Assembly (NCBI GenBank): GCA_951406725.2
Contig: OX597814.1
Location: 73,780,001-73,844,000, forward strand
Source: Octopus vulgaris
Lineage: Eukaryota
Reading direction: 5' to 3'
DNA: 64,000 bases
Shown: positions 1-12,399 of the stretch, piece after piece
Position numbering within the stretch: position 1 is the stretch's first letter
How the letters are laid out: each line of letters starts with the position of its first letter
The notes under the pieces: generated by a model
What the model saw: the letters and a program-made list of their open reading frames with translations, nothing else
What the model was told of the DNA's origin: nothing
The model's database searches: none
Program-made: the position numbers and the translations under genes

Positions 1-228
1 ATGGCAAAGGCGACAGACACCTTTACTTTGGAGGGCTTCCTTGAAGCATTCACAAAGAGACTGGAACATTAGAACAAGTAAATTAAAATCTGAGGATCCT
101 ATATCTAAGGAGATTTGAATTTTATACTTCTTTGAAATTAATATCTGTTGTCTAGAATGCACTTTCTACACAAACACATGTACAAACACATAGACACACA
201 TACACACGCACACACACACGCACGCATG

Positions 229-275
<47 letters not shown>

Positions 276-370
276 GACTACATACATATATATATATACG
301 TATGTATATAGACATATATATATACACATATATACATACAAATATACATGTGTGTATACATATATATAGG

Positions 371-451
<81 letters not shown>

Positions 452-452
452 T

Positions 453-540
<88 letters not shown>

Positions 541-541
541 T
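371..541. repeat. (GATA)n microsatellite
   Basis: Near-perfect tetranucleotide array, preceded by (TA)n at ~232-272. Confidence 0.98.
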
Positions 542-931
542 AGGTATAGATATATGTAAATGTTGTAAATGTTGGACAGATATGTATGAAAGTCTTCAGG
601 CAGAGAACGAGTAATATTTTTCTTCTCTCATTCTCAGTCTGAAGAATTTCTAATAGGAAATTTCTTATATGTTTATCCAATATGTACAACTTAGTGATTT
701 CTGTTAGCAAATGAAACTCGTAATGATGAATAAATGATAGCAGAAAATTCTTCCAACTTGCTGTTTGATGTATAACTCTGCAAACAATGTTTCCAGAATT
801 TTCAACTCTAATATGTATATGTCATAAATACAGCAACTGCAACTACATACTGGATTTTATAGAGGAAAAACTAGATGGACGTCCAGAGGACACACCAGGG
901 TTTTACCCAACTTACTATAAATGCATACATA

Positions 932-1093
932 GGCGCAGGAGTGGCTGCGTGGTAAGTAGCTTACTTACCAATCACATGGTTTCAGGTTCAGTCCCACTCC
1001 GTGGCACACTGGGCAAGTGTTTTCTACTATAGTCTCGGGCTGACCAAAGCCTTGTGAGTGGATTGGTAGACGGAAACTGAAAGAAGCCCGTAG

Positions 1094-1138
<45 letters not shown>

Positions 1139-1351
1139 ATGTTTGTGTGTTTGTATTTGTACCTCCAGCATCACTTGACAACTGATGTTGGTGTGTTTAC
1201 ATCCCCGTAACTTACCGGTCCGGCATAAGATACCGATAGAATAAGTACTAGGCTTACAAAGAATATGTCCTGGGGTCGATTTGTTCGACTAAAGGCGGTG
1301 CTCTAGCATGGCCGCAGTCAAATGTCTGAAACAAATAAAAGAATAAAAGAA
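932..1351 (+). mobile_element. tRNA-derived SINE (octopus-type family A), full length
   Basis: GGCGCAGGAGTGGCTGCGTGGTAAG (A-box like) and GGTTCAGTCCC (B-box like), internal (TA)/(TG) microsatellite, 3' AAAGGCGGTGCT..GCATGGCCGCAGTCAAATG.CTGAAAC tail ending in TAAAAGA repeats. Homologous copies at 7613, 9592, 55881. Confidence 0.9.
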
Positions 1352-1387
1352 TACATGCACACACACACACACACACACACACTCACA

Positions 1388-1513
1388 GGCAGAGGCGTGG
1401 CTGTGTGGAAAGAAGCTTGCTTCCCAACTACATTGGGTGTCTTCTACTATAGCCACGCGCCGACCAAAGCTTTGCGTGTGGATTTGGTAGATGGAAACTG
1501 AAAGAAGCCTGTC

Positions 1514-1570
<57 letters not shown>

Positions 1571-1700
1571 TTGTATGTATGTATGATGTATGTATGTATG
1601 TATGTATGTATGTATGTATGTTTGTGTATGTGTATGTATATGTTTGTGCGTCTCTGTTTGTCACACCACCATCGCTTGACAACCGATGTTGGTGTGTTTA
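1388..1700 (+). mobile_element. SINE family A, 5' part, joined to a LINE fragment
   Basis: Same head and body as 932-1351 with an internal deletion; homology stops at GGTGTGTTTA (~1700). Confidence 0.8.
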
Positions 1701-2545
1701 GATCTCTGTAATAATATGCAGTTCAATGCCGCAAAATTTCAAGCACTTCGCTTTCAGCCCACAAACAAACTACAGCTGAAGTACACAGAACCAGCAGCCA
1801 ATGTAATCCCAGAGTTAGAGTCGGTGCGTGACCTGGTAATCTACATGAACAACGATGCCATGTGCACATTGCTCAGATGGTAACACTATGCAGGCGGGTG
1901 GCAAGTTCGTTCCTTAGATTCTTCAGGACCAGGAACAGAGATATAATGCTTCTGCTTTGGAGAACATTTGTCCTCAGTCGTCTGGGCTACTGCTCCCAGC
2001 TGTGTCCACACAGAGTGCAAAACTAATTGCGGAACTAGAAGCGATCCAACGCCACTACACAAAGAAGATAGACTCAGTAAAAAACATTGGGCCACTGGGA
2101 GAGGTTGAAGGAACTAGGACTCTACTCGCTGGAGAGGAGACATGACAGATATGCAGTGCTATACATATGGAAAATAATGGAGGGTCTAGCTCCAAATTTC
2201 GGAATCGAAATCTACAACAATCTCCGAACTGGACGGCACAGCACAGTACCAAAGGTCCCATCTTCCCTATCGAGGATACAAACCGAATGTCGTAATAGCT
2301 TGGGATTCAAGGGACCACAACTTTTTAGTGCCATACCACAGAACATCAGAGATCGGCAAGGTGTAGATATGGAAGTCTTCATAAAACGTCTAACAGTTTT
2401 TATCTGCAATACCGGATGAACCCGCATCTCGGCAGGAGGCACAAAGAAGAGCGGCAACGTCCAACTCGCTATTTCACCAGAAGCAATACTGAAAAAGTCC
2501 CCGGATGCAGTAAAAGCGGTACACCCATAAAAGATAAAAGATAAA
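1701..2545 (+). mobile_element. CR1/L2-group LINE 3' fragment, decayed
   Basis: Frameshifted post-RT motifs: NNMQFNAAKF, VRDLVIYM, LEAIQRHYTKKI, WERLKELGLYSLERR, GPQLF; A-rich tail at ~2528-2545. Confidence 0.8.
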
Positions 2546-2548
2546 GAA

Positions 2549-2581
<33 letters not shown>

Positions 2582-2588
<7 letters not shown>

Positions 2589-2792
2589 CAAAATGGGAAA
2601 AGAACGCAAAACATCTGGACAACTAGGTGATACAAAAAGGGACAACAAAACATCCAGATAGACGATACAAAGAAAACAAGGACGGGTCATTCGAAGTTTT
2701 CTATCTTCAGTCAAGAACCAGATTATCCCCGCAATTTCGGCTGATCATTCTTGAGATTGCTCCAATCTGGCCAGCTCCAAGGAAAAACTAAG

Positions 2793-2795
<3 letters not shown>
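2582..2795 (-). mobile_element. Penelope-like terminal (pLTR) fragment
   Basis: Shares GCAATTTCGGCTG..GAGATTGCTCCAATCTGGCCAGC..CAAGGAAAAACTAA with 57815-58087 and lies between (TA)n tracts. The Penelope assignment is inferred. Confidence 0.5.
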
Positions 2796-2878
<83 letters not shown>

Positions 2879-3427
2879 GTCTGTAGTCTGTGTCTCATCA
2901 GGTACATCAATACATAATGTTGTGTTTCGCTAAAGGTCCTGAGTTTCGGCTGTCATGTTGTTATATACCCGTCTGTTTATGGAATGGAACATTGCTACAA
3001 TTTTCAATTACTATTATCTTTCTATAATAATAATTGCAAACATTTGTAAATATAGACAAATAACTGTTGATAAAAAAATTGTAGAGAGAGTAAATGGATG
3101 AAGAGGGATGGATTGAATTACACTGGGTTTAAGACAAATGAATGGTACTAGAAAAATTAAGGGAAAGATATATATGCAGGTTCGAATGTCTAGCTGGCTA
3201 AAGGTTGTTTAGCCAGCTTGCCTCGTTGGAATGCGTATACACACATTCGCACACTTACCCGCTCGTACATAAACTCACACAAGGGACATTGGTCCACCCA
3301 CCCATATGGTCAAGTTCGGCCGTAGTTCGTATAATTTATGGTTGGAAGAAAATCTCACCAGAAGCCTGTCATCACAGGCACCTCAAAACTTGGCCAGCTC
3401 GCAGACAGTTTGATTCCATATATGGAA

Positions 3428-3655
3428 TGTATGTAGGTGGGTGCGTGAATGTATATGTGTGAAAATATATACATATGGGCATGTGTGTGTATATGTGTAT
3501 ATGTATGTAGGTGGATGCGTGAATGTATATGTGTGAAAATATATACATATGGGCATGTGTGTGTATATGTGTATATGTATGTAGGTGGGTGCGTGAATGT
3601 ATATGTGTGAAAATATATACATATGGGCATGTGTGTATATATGTGTATATGTATG
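3428..3655. repeat. 74-bp minisatellite, 3 copies
   Basis: GTAGGTGG recurs at 3433, 3507 and 3581 (period 74); units nearly identical. Confidence 0.93.
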
Positions 3656-3902
3656 TGTGAGTGTATGCATGCATGTGTGTATGTATATATAGGCATAGGG
3701 GTGTGTGATTCAACCTCGGTGATATAGAGGTGGCGCGAGTCATCTGGTAGTTTGCCGGTAAAGCACGTTCACTGCCTATGACTAGCTAAAGTCATCTGCA
3801 ATATTATTATAAATGTCACTGGAACGACCTCAAGAATTCCTCAGTGTTCGTTGGGTATGTAATTAATGAGAGAGACAGCAGATGAAATATATGTGAATCT
3901 TT

Positions 3903-4010
3903 ATTGATTGCTACAATCGTTTCGACCCATCAAGCATCGACCCCTCGCAGGTAGGATACTGTACAGCTGGTTGAGGTGCATCCCTTGGTACAGATATATC
4001 TCCTCGGGTG
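3903..4010 (-). ncRNA. Degenerate hammerhead ribozyme with long stem II
   Basis: Minus strand reads CAC-CCGAGGA-GAUAUAU...AUGGGUC-GAAAC-GAUU-GUA-GCAAUC-AAUAAA; core U4 changed to C; homologous to 63367-63479. Confidence 0.6.
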
Positions 4011-4496
4011 ACGTCTAAGAGGTATCTCGTTAAAATTTCGCACAACTTATTACTGCTTGTTTACTTGTTGAACTTCTTGTGTCTGTGTTCCCGACATATG
4101 TACGTATATGGCTGCGTATCTACGCTCGAGTACTCTTCAGTATGTTGGTAACCAAGTCATCGATTTAAAGCGTCATTTAAACTATGCTTTTAGTGGCTAT
4201 AACTTTTCATTATATATTGTCATATATCTCATTTTAAAAATACTCTAAAATATATTCTGAACCCTGGGCTCCAGGAAATATTGTATTTCATCCTTAATGA
4301 GGGCATCTCTTAGGTGTAGAAATAAATAATCGAAGTTCTCCAGTACTATTATTAATATGATATTTACTTTCGTTTAATATTGCTTTAACTTCTATATTGT
4401 AACCATATAATTCTACTGTATCATAATCATAAACTATTTTGGCAACTGTTTTTTATTTCTTACTTCTGTATGCCTGTGTACTTTGAAATACTAATA

Positions 4497-5736
4497 TCAG
4501 GTCATCCCATAAGTTCTGTCCGATATTACCTTTTTTTTAAATTGAATGAAATTTAATAGTATTTTAGAATGTCTAATGGAATTAAAAATTCCATTTAAAC
4601 TAATTACATATTATTTTACAGAATAATAGAATTAAAATTTCTTTAATTAAAACCCTTTCTAATATGGAAATATCCAAAGAGCATTTGAAGCAAATAATAT
4701 TTCATAAGTACAAGAAAGGAAACTCTTCAGCCGAAGCGACTCGAAACATACACATATGGGAAAGAATGCTTGTATGAAAGAACTTGCAGAAGAGAGTTTG
4801 CAAAGTTCAGTAGTGGAGATTTCAGCCTTGAAGGTGAAGATCGAACAGGACGTCCAGTTGAGTTTGATGATAAGCTCCTTGAGGCATTACTTGAAGAAAA
4901 TCCTGCATTATCAGTTGAAGAATTGGCAAATAAAGCTTAGTTCAAACCATGCAACTGTTCATCGTCATCTTCAACAAGTTGGAAAGGTTCTTAAACATAG
5001 AAAATGGGTGCCTCATGAATTGTCCTAAAGCAACCGCAAATCCCGAGTTGACATCTGCTCTTCTCTCCATTCTCGCGAACTCATTTCACCCTTTTTGGAT
5101 AGACTTGTGACTGGTGACGAAAAATGGATCTTCTATCGAAATGTTAAACGTCATAAACAGTGGTTTGGTAAAAGGGGAAAATATTCAACCACAACGGAGA
5201 AGGGAACTTCATGTGAAAAAGGTTCTTCTCTTTATCTGGTGGGATTGCAAGGGAGTAATTCACTTTGAATTGTTACCATCTAATGCAATAATCAATGCTC
5301 AAGTCTACTGTCAGCAATTAGAGCGTTTGAACCAAGCTTTGAAGAAAAAAAAGACCCTATTTAGTGAATCGAAAAGGATTGATGTTTCATTAGGACAATG
5401 CGCGACCCCACACTGCAAAGATCACATCACAGAAGATCGAAGAGCTTGGTTGGGAAAAAATTCCTCATCCTCCTTATTCTCCCGACCTTGCTCCTTCATA
5501 CTACTATTTATTTAGTAGTTTGCAGAATCATTTGGGGGATATAACTTTCGCAAGCCAGGAGGAGGTCGAAACTAAAAGAGTTTTACATTGATGGGATTTA
5601 AAAGCTTGTATATAGATGGAAAGAAGTCATACATAATCAGGGAAAGTACATTGATGATTAAAGTCCAATTAAATATCACATATGATCACTTGCTTTCTTT
5701 ATTCAAAATTCGGACAAAACTTATGGGATGACCTGA
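4497..5736 (+). mobile_element. Mariner DNA transposon, full length, decayed
   Basis: 27-bp TIRs TCAGGTCATCCCATAAGTTCTGTCCGA / TCGGACAAAACTTATGGGATGACCTGA (1 mismatch); TA target duplications at 4495-4496 and 5737-5738; 1240 bp. Confidence 0.96.
4664..5661 (+). pseudogene. Mariner transposase pseudogene
   Basis: WVPHEL, TGDEKW, DNARPH and HPPYSPDLAPS motifs; stops and frameshifts; the third catalytic D (PSDY) reads PSYY. Confidence 0.93.
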
Positions 5737-6241
5737 TACTTTTAATTGAGCCTAGCTTCGTTCACGCTCATGCTATAGACAAACAATCATGTTTATGTGA
5801 AAATATACTGAGATATAATCTTGTGCACGTGTTCAGGAAATTGCCCAAACACACCTGATAAAGTAGGCGGACATTAAACGTTCAACGTAAGCATAGGTAA
5901 ACAATGTGACAGTTATGTGTTCATGCTAATAGAAGGCAAAAACATTATCTCACATGCTGAACGTGATCATACACGTGACAGTCGCCGTAAAGGCCTAGAG
6001 AGGGAATTCCCTGCCTGCTGAGTTGAAAGAACAATAACAACCAATTATGCAACTTACAAGAGTTTTCTTTTTGTAACCCATTGATTTATGCATTTATTGA
6101 TAAAAATCACACCATTAACTATTCGATAAAGACAATTAATTTTCGTTGCAGATAACTATTCGCCCTAGAGACTCTAGCCATCACGTTTATTTGGTCATGC
6201 TTATCATAATCGTTGCTTTTTCGTCGTATTTGCTAATTATC

Positions 6242-6292
<51 letters not shown>

Positions 6293-6335
6293 TGCAAGCA
6301 GCAGGGGTAGCTGTATTACTATTAGTAGTAGCTGT

Positions 6336-6661
6336 GTGAGGGCGCGTGGCTTAGTGGTTAGGGCATTCGGCTCATGATCGTAAGGTTGTGAGTTCGATTC
6401 CCGGCGACGCGTTGTGTCCTTGAGCAAGACACTTTATTTCACGTTGCTCCAGTCCACTCAGCTGGCAAAAATGAGTTGTACTTTTATTTCAAAGGGTCAG
6501 CCTTGTCACTCTCTGTGTCACGCTGATTATCCCCGAGAACTACGTTAAGGGTACACGTGTCTGTGGAATGCTCAGCCATTTGCACGTTAATTTCACGAGC
6601 AAGCTGTTCCGTTGATCGTATCAGCTGGGACCCTCGTCGTCGTAACCGGCGGAGTCTTAGA
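6336..6661 (+). mobile_element. tRNA-derived SINE (family B) with 12-bp TSD
   Basis: TGGCTTAGTGG (A box), GTTCGATTCC (B box), CCTTGAGCAAGACACTT body; AGTAGTAGCTGT duplicated at 6324-6335 and 6662-6673. Confidence 0.9.
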
Positions 6662-6687
6662 AGTAGTAGCTGTACTACAACTACTTC

Positions 6688-6755
<68 letters not shown>

Positions 6756-7612
6756 ATTCTTTATTTTCCACACGTGCCCAAGCAACGATACAAAACAACA
6801 CATTATGTACAAATGGTTATACGATATGTGGTGGTGTACATATAATAAATGATGTTAAAAACGTAATACAATATATTGAACACATTGTAATTTAGTACAA
6901 AAATCAGACAAGTGAAACCCATGCACAATGGGAACAGATCACTCCAGCCGCTTTCTACTTGGGGTATTGATCCCTAGATTTTCTGAATGCGTCTGTGAAT
7001 ATCTTCAGCGCTACTAATGCAAGATCACTCCTACATTTTTACTGATTTTTTTTTTATTGTTTTTGTTGTTGTTTTTAGTATTTGAACTTCAACGGCTTAT
7101 GGAATATAGTAATATTTTTTACCATGTGTCTATCTTTTAGGTGTTCTATAAATTCGGACTCTACTTCCTTTTCAATTATCATATTTCTTTAATATTCTTT
7201 CAGATTATTTAGCAAATCTATCAGATTACCGTTGACAGTTCTGACAACCGTGAATCTCAAGTAGTCACTTACATATCGTTTCCACTCAGGCTATCCTCAA
7301 AATGGGAAATGCTGATATTCTGGGAGTAGCGGTTACAGCAACCATGATCCTGCCATTATTGTTGCCGCCTTTGTATCTGTCTCTCGTCATTTTGCCTTGC
7401 TTTTCCTCGAGTTCTTCTAGGTCCTGAAATGACCTTCACTATTCTGCGTGATGCAGTTGTGGTCGCTACTTTATACCAACAACTAATCAACGTTCTCTTC
7501 TCTCCCTTAATAAGGTACAGATATGGGAAACCTTGTAGTTCTTTGGAGCTATCAGAAGCTTCATGTCAATATTGAGCTCACCCAACCAAATTTTGTTGTA
7601 AGTCCCTTCTGA

Positions 7613-8031
7613 GTGCAGCAGACTGTGGTATGAAGCTTACTTCTCAATCACATGGTCCCGGGTTCAGTCCCATTGCATGGCACTTTGGGCAAGTGTCTTC
7701 TACTATAGCCTTGAGCCGACCACAGCCTTGTGAGTGGCTTTGACAGACGGAAATTGAAAGAAGCTCATTGTATGTGCGTGTGTGTATGCGTATTTATCTA
7801 TGTGTGTATGTCTTTATGTCTGTGTTTGTCCCCCACCTCCGCTCAACAACCTGTGTTGGTGTATTTACGTCACTGTAACGTAGCTGTTCGACCAAAGAGG
7901 GCGATAAAATAAGTACTACTCTTTAAAAAATAAGCCTTGGGTCGATTTGACTAAAACCCTTCAAGACGGTGGCCTAGAATGAGCGCAGATAAAAATGACT
8001 GTAACAAGTAAAAGATATAAGGTAAAAAAGA
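7613..8031 (+). mobile_element. SINE family A, diverged
   Basis: Colinear with 932-1351 from head to TAAAAGA tail. Confidence 0.85.
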
Positions 8032-8033
8032 TA

Positions 8034-8890
8034 TGTGGTCTGATCAATAAGTATCCGGACTGTTGCTAAGTAAACAAGCAGGGTGAAGCCACTTGGCAAA
8101 GATTGACCTCGTACACTGATGTGCATGCGCACTAAGTTTTAACGTTCTAGCTCACTTCTGCTGTTTAAAGCAGTTCTCGCAAGGAACATGTGTAGCATGT
8201 GATCGGCGCATTGACTACTATAGCGAAAGTTGCGTAGAGAATCTTCATGAAATTTTGCCAAAACTTTGATGATTATTGCTCAGAGGCCTACGCAAAGTTT
8301 TCAAAGTTTTATCGTTCTCGACAAAATAAAGAAGATCTTGTGCAACTGAAATCCGAGTATCTTTTTGGTCAGCTGAAAGCAGTTTTGACACGCTCATCAA
8401 ATCTTCAATGATAATCGACTTAACTCAACTGTAACTAATCTGTACATCATCTTATAACTCACGGATGGCGATTCGACGATTTCCCTTCACAGCTGCACGC
8501 ACAACTGAGATGTTTTTCTCAGTTCTGCTGGTTGGGAGTCTCCCAGAACGTTCATCAATACCGACATATTTTTGGGCTATCTTCGAAACGTCTGAACCAC
8601 TCGTATACTTGTGTGCGGTTCATACACTCTTCTCCATACACTTATACACTTTCTGCAACTTTGCGTATGCCTCTGAGTATGTATCATCATGACAACTTTC
8701 TCCGTCGTGGTCAATACAATGATCACACGCTACACATCTTCCTTCCAAACACTGTGTAACTGAGCTAGAACGTTAAAATAGTGCGCATGTACAGCACAGT
8801 TGAAAGTTAATCTTCACTGAGGGGCCTCACTCTGTGTGCTTCAGCTTCGTTACTATAGCAACAGTCTTGATACTTATTGATCAGACCTCG
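8034..8890 (-). mobile_element. Non-autonomous mariner derivative (MITE-like)
   Basis: TIR (C/T)G(A/T)GGTCTGATCAATAAGTATC..GACTGTTGCTA at both ends with TA flanks; minus strand keeps mariner N-terminal VYGEECMNRTQVYEWFRRF. Confidence 0.88.
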
Positions 8891-9591
8891 TATATATATA
8901 TATATAAACGTTGAAAATTTATAGTTTTATTCTAAGCTTGAATTCTGCCTTATTTTCCGGAAGGTTCACTTATAGAATTTGATAGATTAGCAATTTGGTT
9001 TGTGCAAACACTCTTTCATTTGAATGTTATACAAAATTAGATTTTATTTCTGTTTTCTGCATTCTTTCTTTACTCCGTTTGTGTGTTCTATTACCTCGTG
9101 ATTGGCTATTCGAAACAATGTGAAATTGCAGGGAAGCTGCAGTTTCTAGATTTTATTATTCTTCTAGTTGTTGTTCCTGGTTCTGCTACTGTTCGTCGCT
9201 GTCTCTCCTTGCTCCCGTTTTTTTAATGTTTTTTTATTTTTTCGTTTCAGTGTATACTCTGCCGGTTTGTTCCATGTTGCGCATTTAAATTTTGTTTGTG
9301 TTTTTTCCTTTTGAAATTTTTATTGATATTTTCACCATTTTTTTCCTGAGTCTGTGATGGTTGCTGTCACGTTTATGCTCGAATGTCTCTCATTGTTAAT
9401 CCATGTTAAAGGGAAAGAATGTTTACAAAATATAAAATATTCACACGTGTTCGGATATTTTTAAAATAGCAACTTTTCTTTAAAGTTCAGAATGATAAAT
9501 TTGAATATTGCTGTGTCTGATATAACCATTAAGCTCAAAACACAATAGCGATAGCAATAAAAATAATGATATGGTGATGCTGATGATAATA

Positions 9592-9995
9592 CTCTTTTAC
9601 TCTTTTACTTGTTTCAGTCAGTTGACTACGGCCATGCTAGAGCACCGCCTTTAGTCGAGCAAATTGACCCCAGGACTAATTCTTTGTAAGCCTTAGTACT
9701 TATTCTATCGGTCTCTTTTGCCGAACCGCTAATTTACGGGGACATAAACACACCAGCATCGGTTGTCAAACAATGTTGGGGGGGGGACAAACACAGACAC
9801 ACAAACACATATATATACATATACATATATACGACGCGCTTCTTTCAGTTTCCATCAACCAAATCCACTCACAATGCTTTGGTTGGCCCGAGGCTATAGT
9901 AGAAGACACTTGCTCAAGGTGCCATGCAGTGGGACTGAATCCAGAACCATGTGGTTTGTAAGCAAGCTACTTACCACACAGCCACTCCTGCACCT
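9592..9995 (-). mobile_element. SINE family A, full length
   Basis: Reverse complement of the 932-1351 family from head (GCCACTCCTGCACCT) to tail (CTCTTTTA repeats). Confidence 0.9.
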
Positions 9996-10799
9996 ATGAT
10001 ATAATATTAATGATAATTTTTTTTTTATAATGATAATATTTTCTTAATTCACCACAAAGGCTCGAAGAGGCAAAGAAAAATACAAGGGTCTTACGAAGAC
10101 ATGTGAGGTAAAACAAAGAACTTACACAGGGATGATGAGAAGCGATAGATGTTATGCAATATATAATTGAACGGATTAATGAAACAAAAAATTTACAAGG
10201 AAATGAATAATAAAGTATCATAAAATGCACAATAATTCAAGCAAGATATTTGTCTAAAAACCTCATTTGCGTTGGTCAGCTTGCCTCACATTCCTGATCA
10301 CGCCTCCAGCGTGCTACCCACCAAAATTGTTCTGGGCTGGAGATTCCAATTTCTTCTGTAAAAAGTTCTTTTGAACAAGTGAGGAGCCATCTCCTTTAGA
10401 TCGTTGAAATATAATACATAGTAAAGTCTATCCGAAGTTTGGACTATAATCCTATCGCTACGATATTGTTTAAAACGTGATCCCGTTTCCTTCTCATTCC
10501 GTACTTTTCCTTTTCATTCCTATATTGTGAAAAAGTTTCGTTAGAATTTTTGTATTTCTTGTGAAAAGCTGAGAATGTCATCTTGTTGAGGTCGGGAGCT
10601 GATTTAGCCTTACAAGGCATAGATTCGTCTAGCCGGAGGGTTTTCTGATTTTTCTACACATGTCTTCCCTCTTTTGGGGAATTATTCCTTGTTGGAATTT
10701 TAAAATTTCTTTATTTCTATTATTTTACTTTTTACACACTTTTATGTAACACCACACTGCCTCATCCTGTACTTTTGTTTAATAAAGAAAATGTTGTTG

Positions 10800-10887
<88 letters not shown>

Positions 10888-11127
10888 CATTATTATTATT
10901 ACTTTCACCCGAGGGTGTCTCCGTCTTGGAGCTTGAACTGAGTTTCTGCCCAAGCACTAAGAATTTCTACAAGAGTAAACTAGCTCAAGGGCTATTTCAT
11001 TTTGTCCACCGTCACAAGCTGAAGGAAAATTTTTTTTGAAAGAAATGGTACGAGCAGTCAAAAAATACTATGCTTACTGATAAAATGATGATGATGAAAA
11101 TAAAAATGATGTATTTGGCAGTATGTT

Positions 11128-11726
11128 ATGATTTACACGGAAGGTGGGACGTGGCGAGATTCCCAATTGGTGTACGCAGCAGAATGCACCAAAGACAACT
11201 TGATTTATGTTGGTTGTACAACAGAACAATTAAACAAAAGATTCAATGGACAGATATGGCATCAAGCACCAATAACAGTAGTTCGACAGAACTTGCTGAA
11301 CATTTTCCATCAATTTGAAAAAGACTTGAAAGTGCATATTCTCAGAAAATATTCTGAATCTACTACACTTTCAGTACTCAAAATTCATGAGGAGAAATAT
11401 GTTTGCGAGTTATTAATGCCACACTCTGTAGGAATGAATAAAATGACAGAATTTCATCATAATTACGCAAAATTGTTTATGTAATTTTCCTTTTCTTTTT
11501 TCTTTCTTTTTCTCTTTGCCAATTGTAAACTTGAAATCTGCAGACTGATTATGTTAATCCATCAATGTGCAACGCTGGTTGCTCTCGTTCATATTTTGGA
11601 TTTGAATTTCTATAATTTTGAATTTTTATCACTTATCCTTTTGAACTCGACAAAGACTCGCTAGCTGTGGAAATATCGTTCAACCAATAAAATATCTATT
11701 GCGTCGCATTACGCTCTTCGTATTGT

Positions 11727-11727
<1 letters not shown>
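11128..11727 (+). mobile_element. Penelope-like element 3' end: GIY-YIG endonuclease remnant plus pLTR
   Basis: ORF 11128-11484 has VYAAEC..IYVGCTTEQLNKRF..E..YVCEL...GMN, typical of Penelope GIY-YIG; LAEHF lies in another frame; followed by a hammerhead-like motif and AATAAA. Confidence 0.8.
11641..11683 (+). ncRNA. Degenerate minimal hammerhead motif in Penelope pLTR
   Basis: UUGAA-CUCGACAA-AGAC..GUG-GAAAUAUC-G-UUCAA: stem I UUGAA/UUCAA intact, core mutated; about 160 bp downstream of the GIY-YIG ORF. Confidence 0.45.
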
Positions 11728-11797
<70 letters not shown>

Positions 11798-12248
11798 GAG
11801 TGAGAGAGCAGAACATGCCATCAAAGCGACACTGGGGTAAAACATACGAATCCCAATATACCCATCATGACTACTCATCTGATAAGGGTACACCAGGCAC
11901 ATGCATCACAACCATATGTGCGCGACATAGTGATTTCATATTGCGATAACCAGTGCATGACCTTGCAGGTGGGGCCCAGTTAGAATTTTCTTCAAGCCAA
12001 GTAGCCTCAAAAGGTCCTTGAATAAGGGTTGTTTTATTTAAGGATGTTGAACGAAACACCCATGTTTCCAGAGTTATTCAACCCCGCCCCCATATTCCTC
12101 TAAATACATGACTATGATGCTCCCCCACTACTTCTGCACGTGATCAGAGATGCAGATATCGTCAGCCACTAAGAGACATGCTCAACTAATTAAAGTCAAA
12201 CAAGTGACAAGCAAATCTGTGGTATTGAGCTGGATATTTGCTGCAACC
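11798..12248 (-). mobile_element. Unclassified interspersed repeat, probably a LINE 3' UTR ending in (TAA)n
   Basis: More GC-rich block whose minus-strand 3' end abuts (TAA)n at 11728-11797, like the neighbouring RLE elements; no clear ORF. Confidence 0.4.
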
Positions 12249-12399
12249 CTACTGCTGCTACTTCTACTAGTACTAGTATTACTGTTATTACCAACTCTAA
12301 TACTACTACTACTACTACTGCTGCTGCTGCTACTGCTACTGCTGCTGCTGCTGCACTGTTAGATATTTAATAAGCAAGTATGCTGTTGAATGATGACAA

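Noticed and set aside
85-124. CUGAGGA-UCCU..AGGA hammerhead-like start
   Set aside because: GAAA is replaced by GAUU and there is no stem III or cleavage triplet.
138-710. Many ORF-track proteins with YI/HT/CV/poly-L/N/I repeats here and across the window
   Set aside because: They are translations of (TA)n, (GATA)n, (CATA)n and (TTA)n microsatellites, not genes.
3428-3655. Regularly spaced repeats as a possible CRISPR-like array
   Set aside because: The whole 74-bp unit repeats with no unique spacers, the context is eukaryotic and there are no cas genes.
6341-6410. tRNA-like sequence
   Set aside because: It is the head of a SINE with body, tail and TSD; no complete cloverleaf or poly-T terminator.
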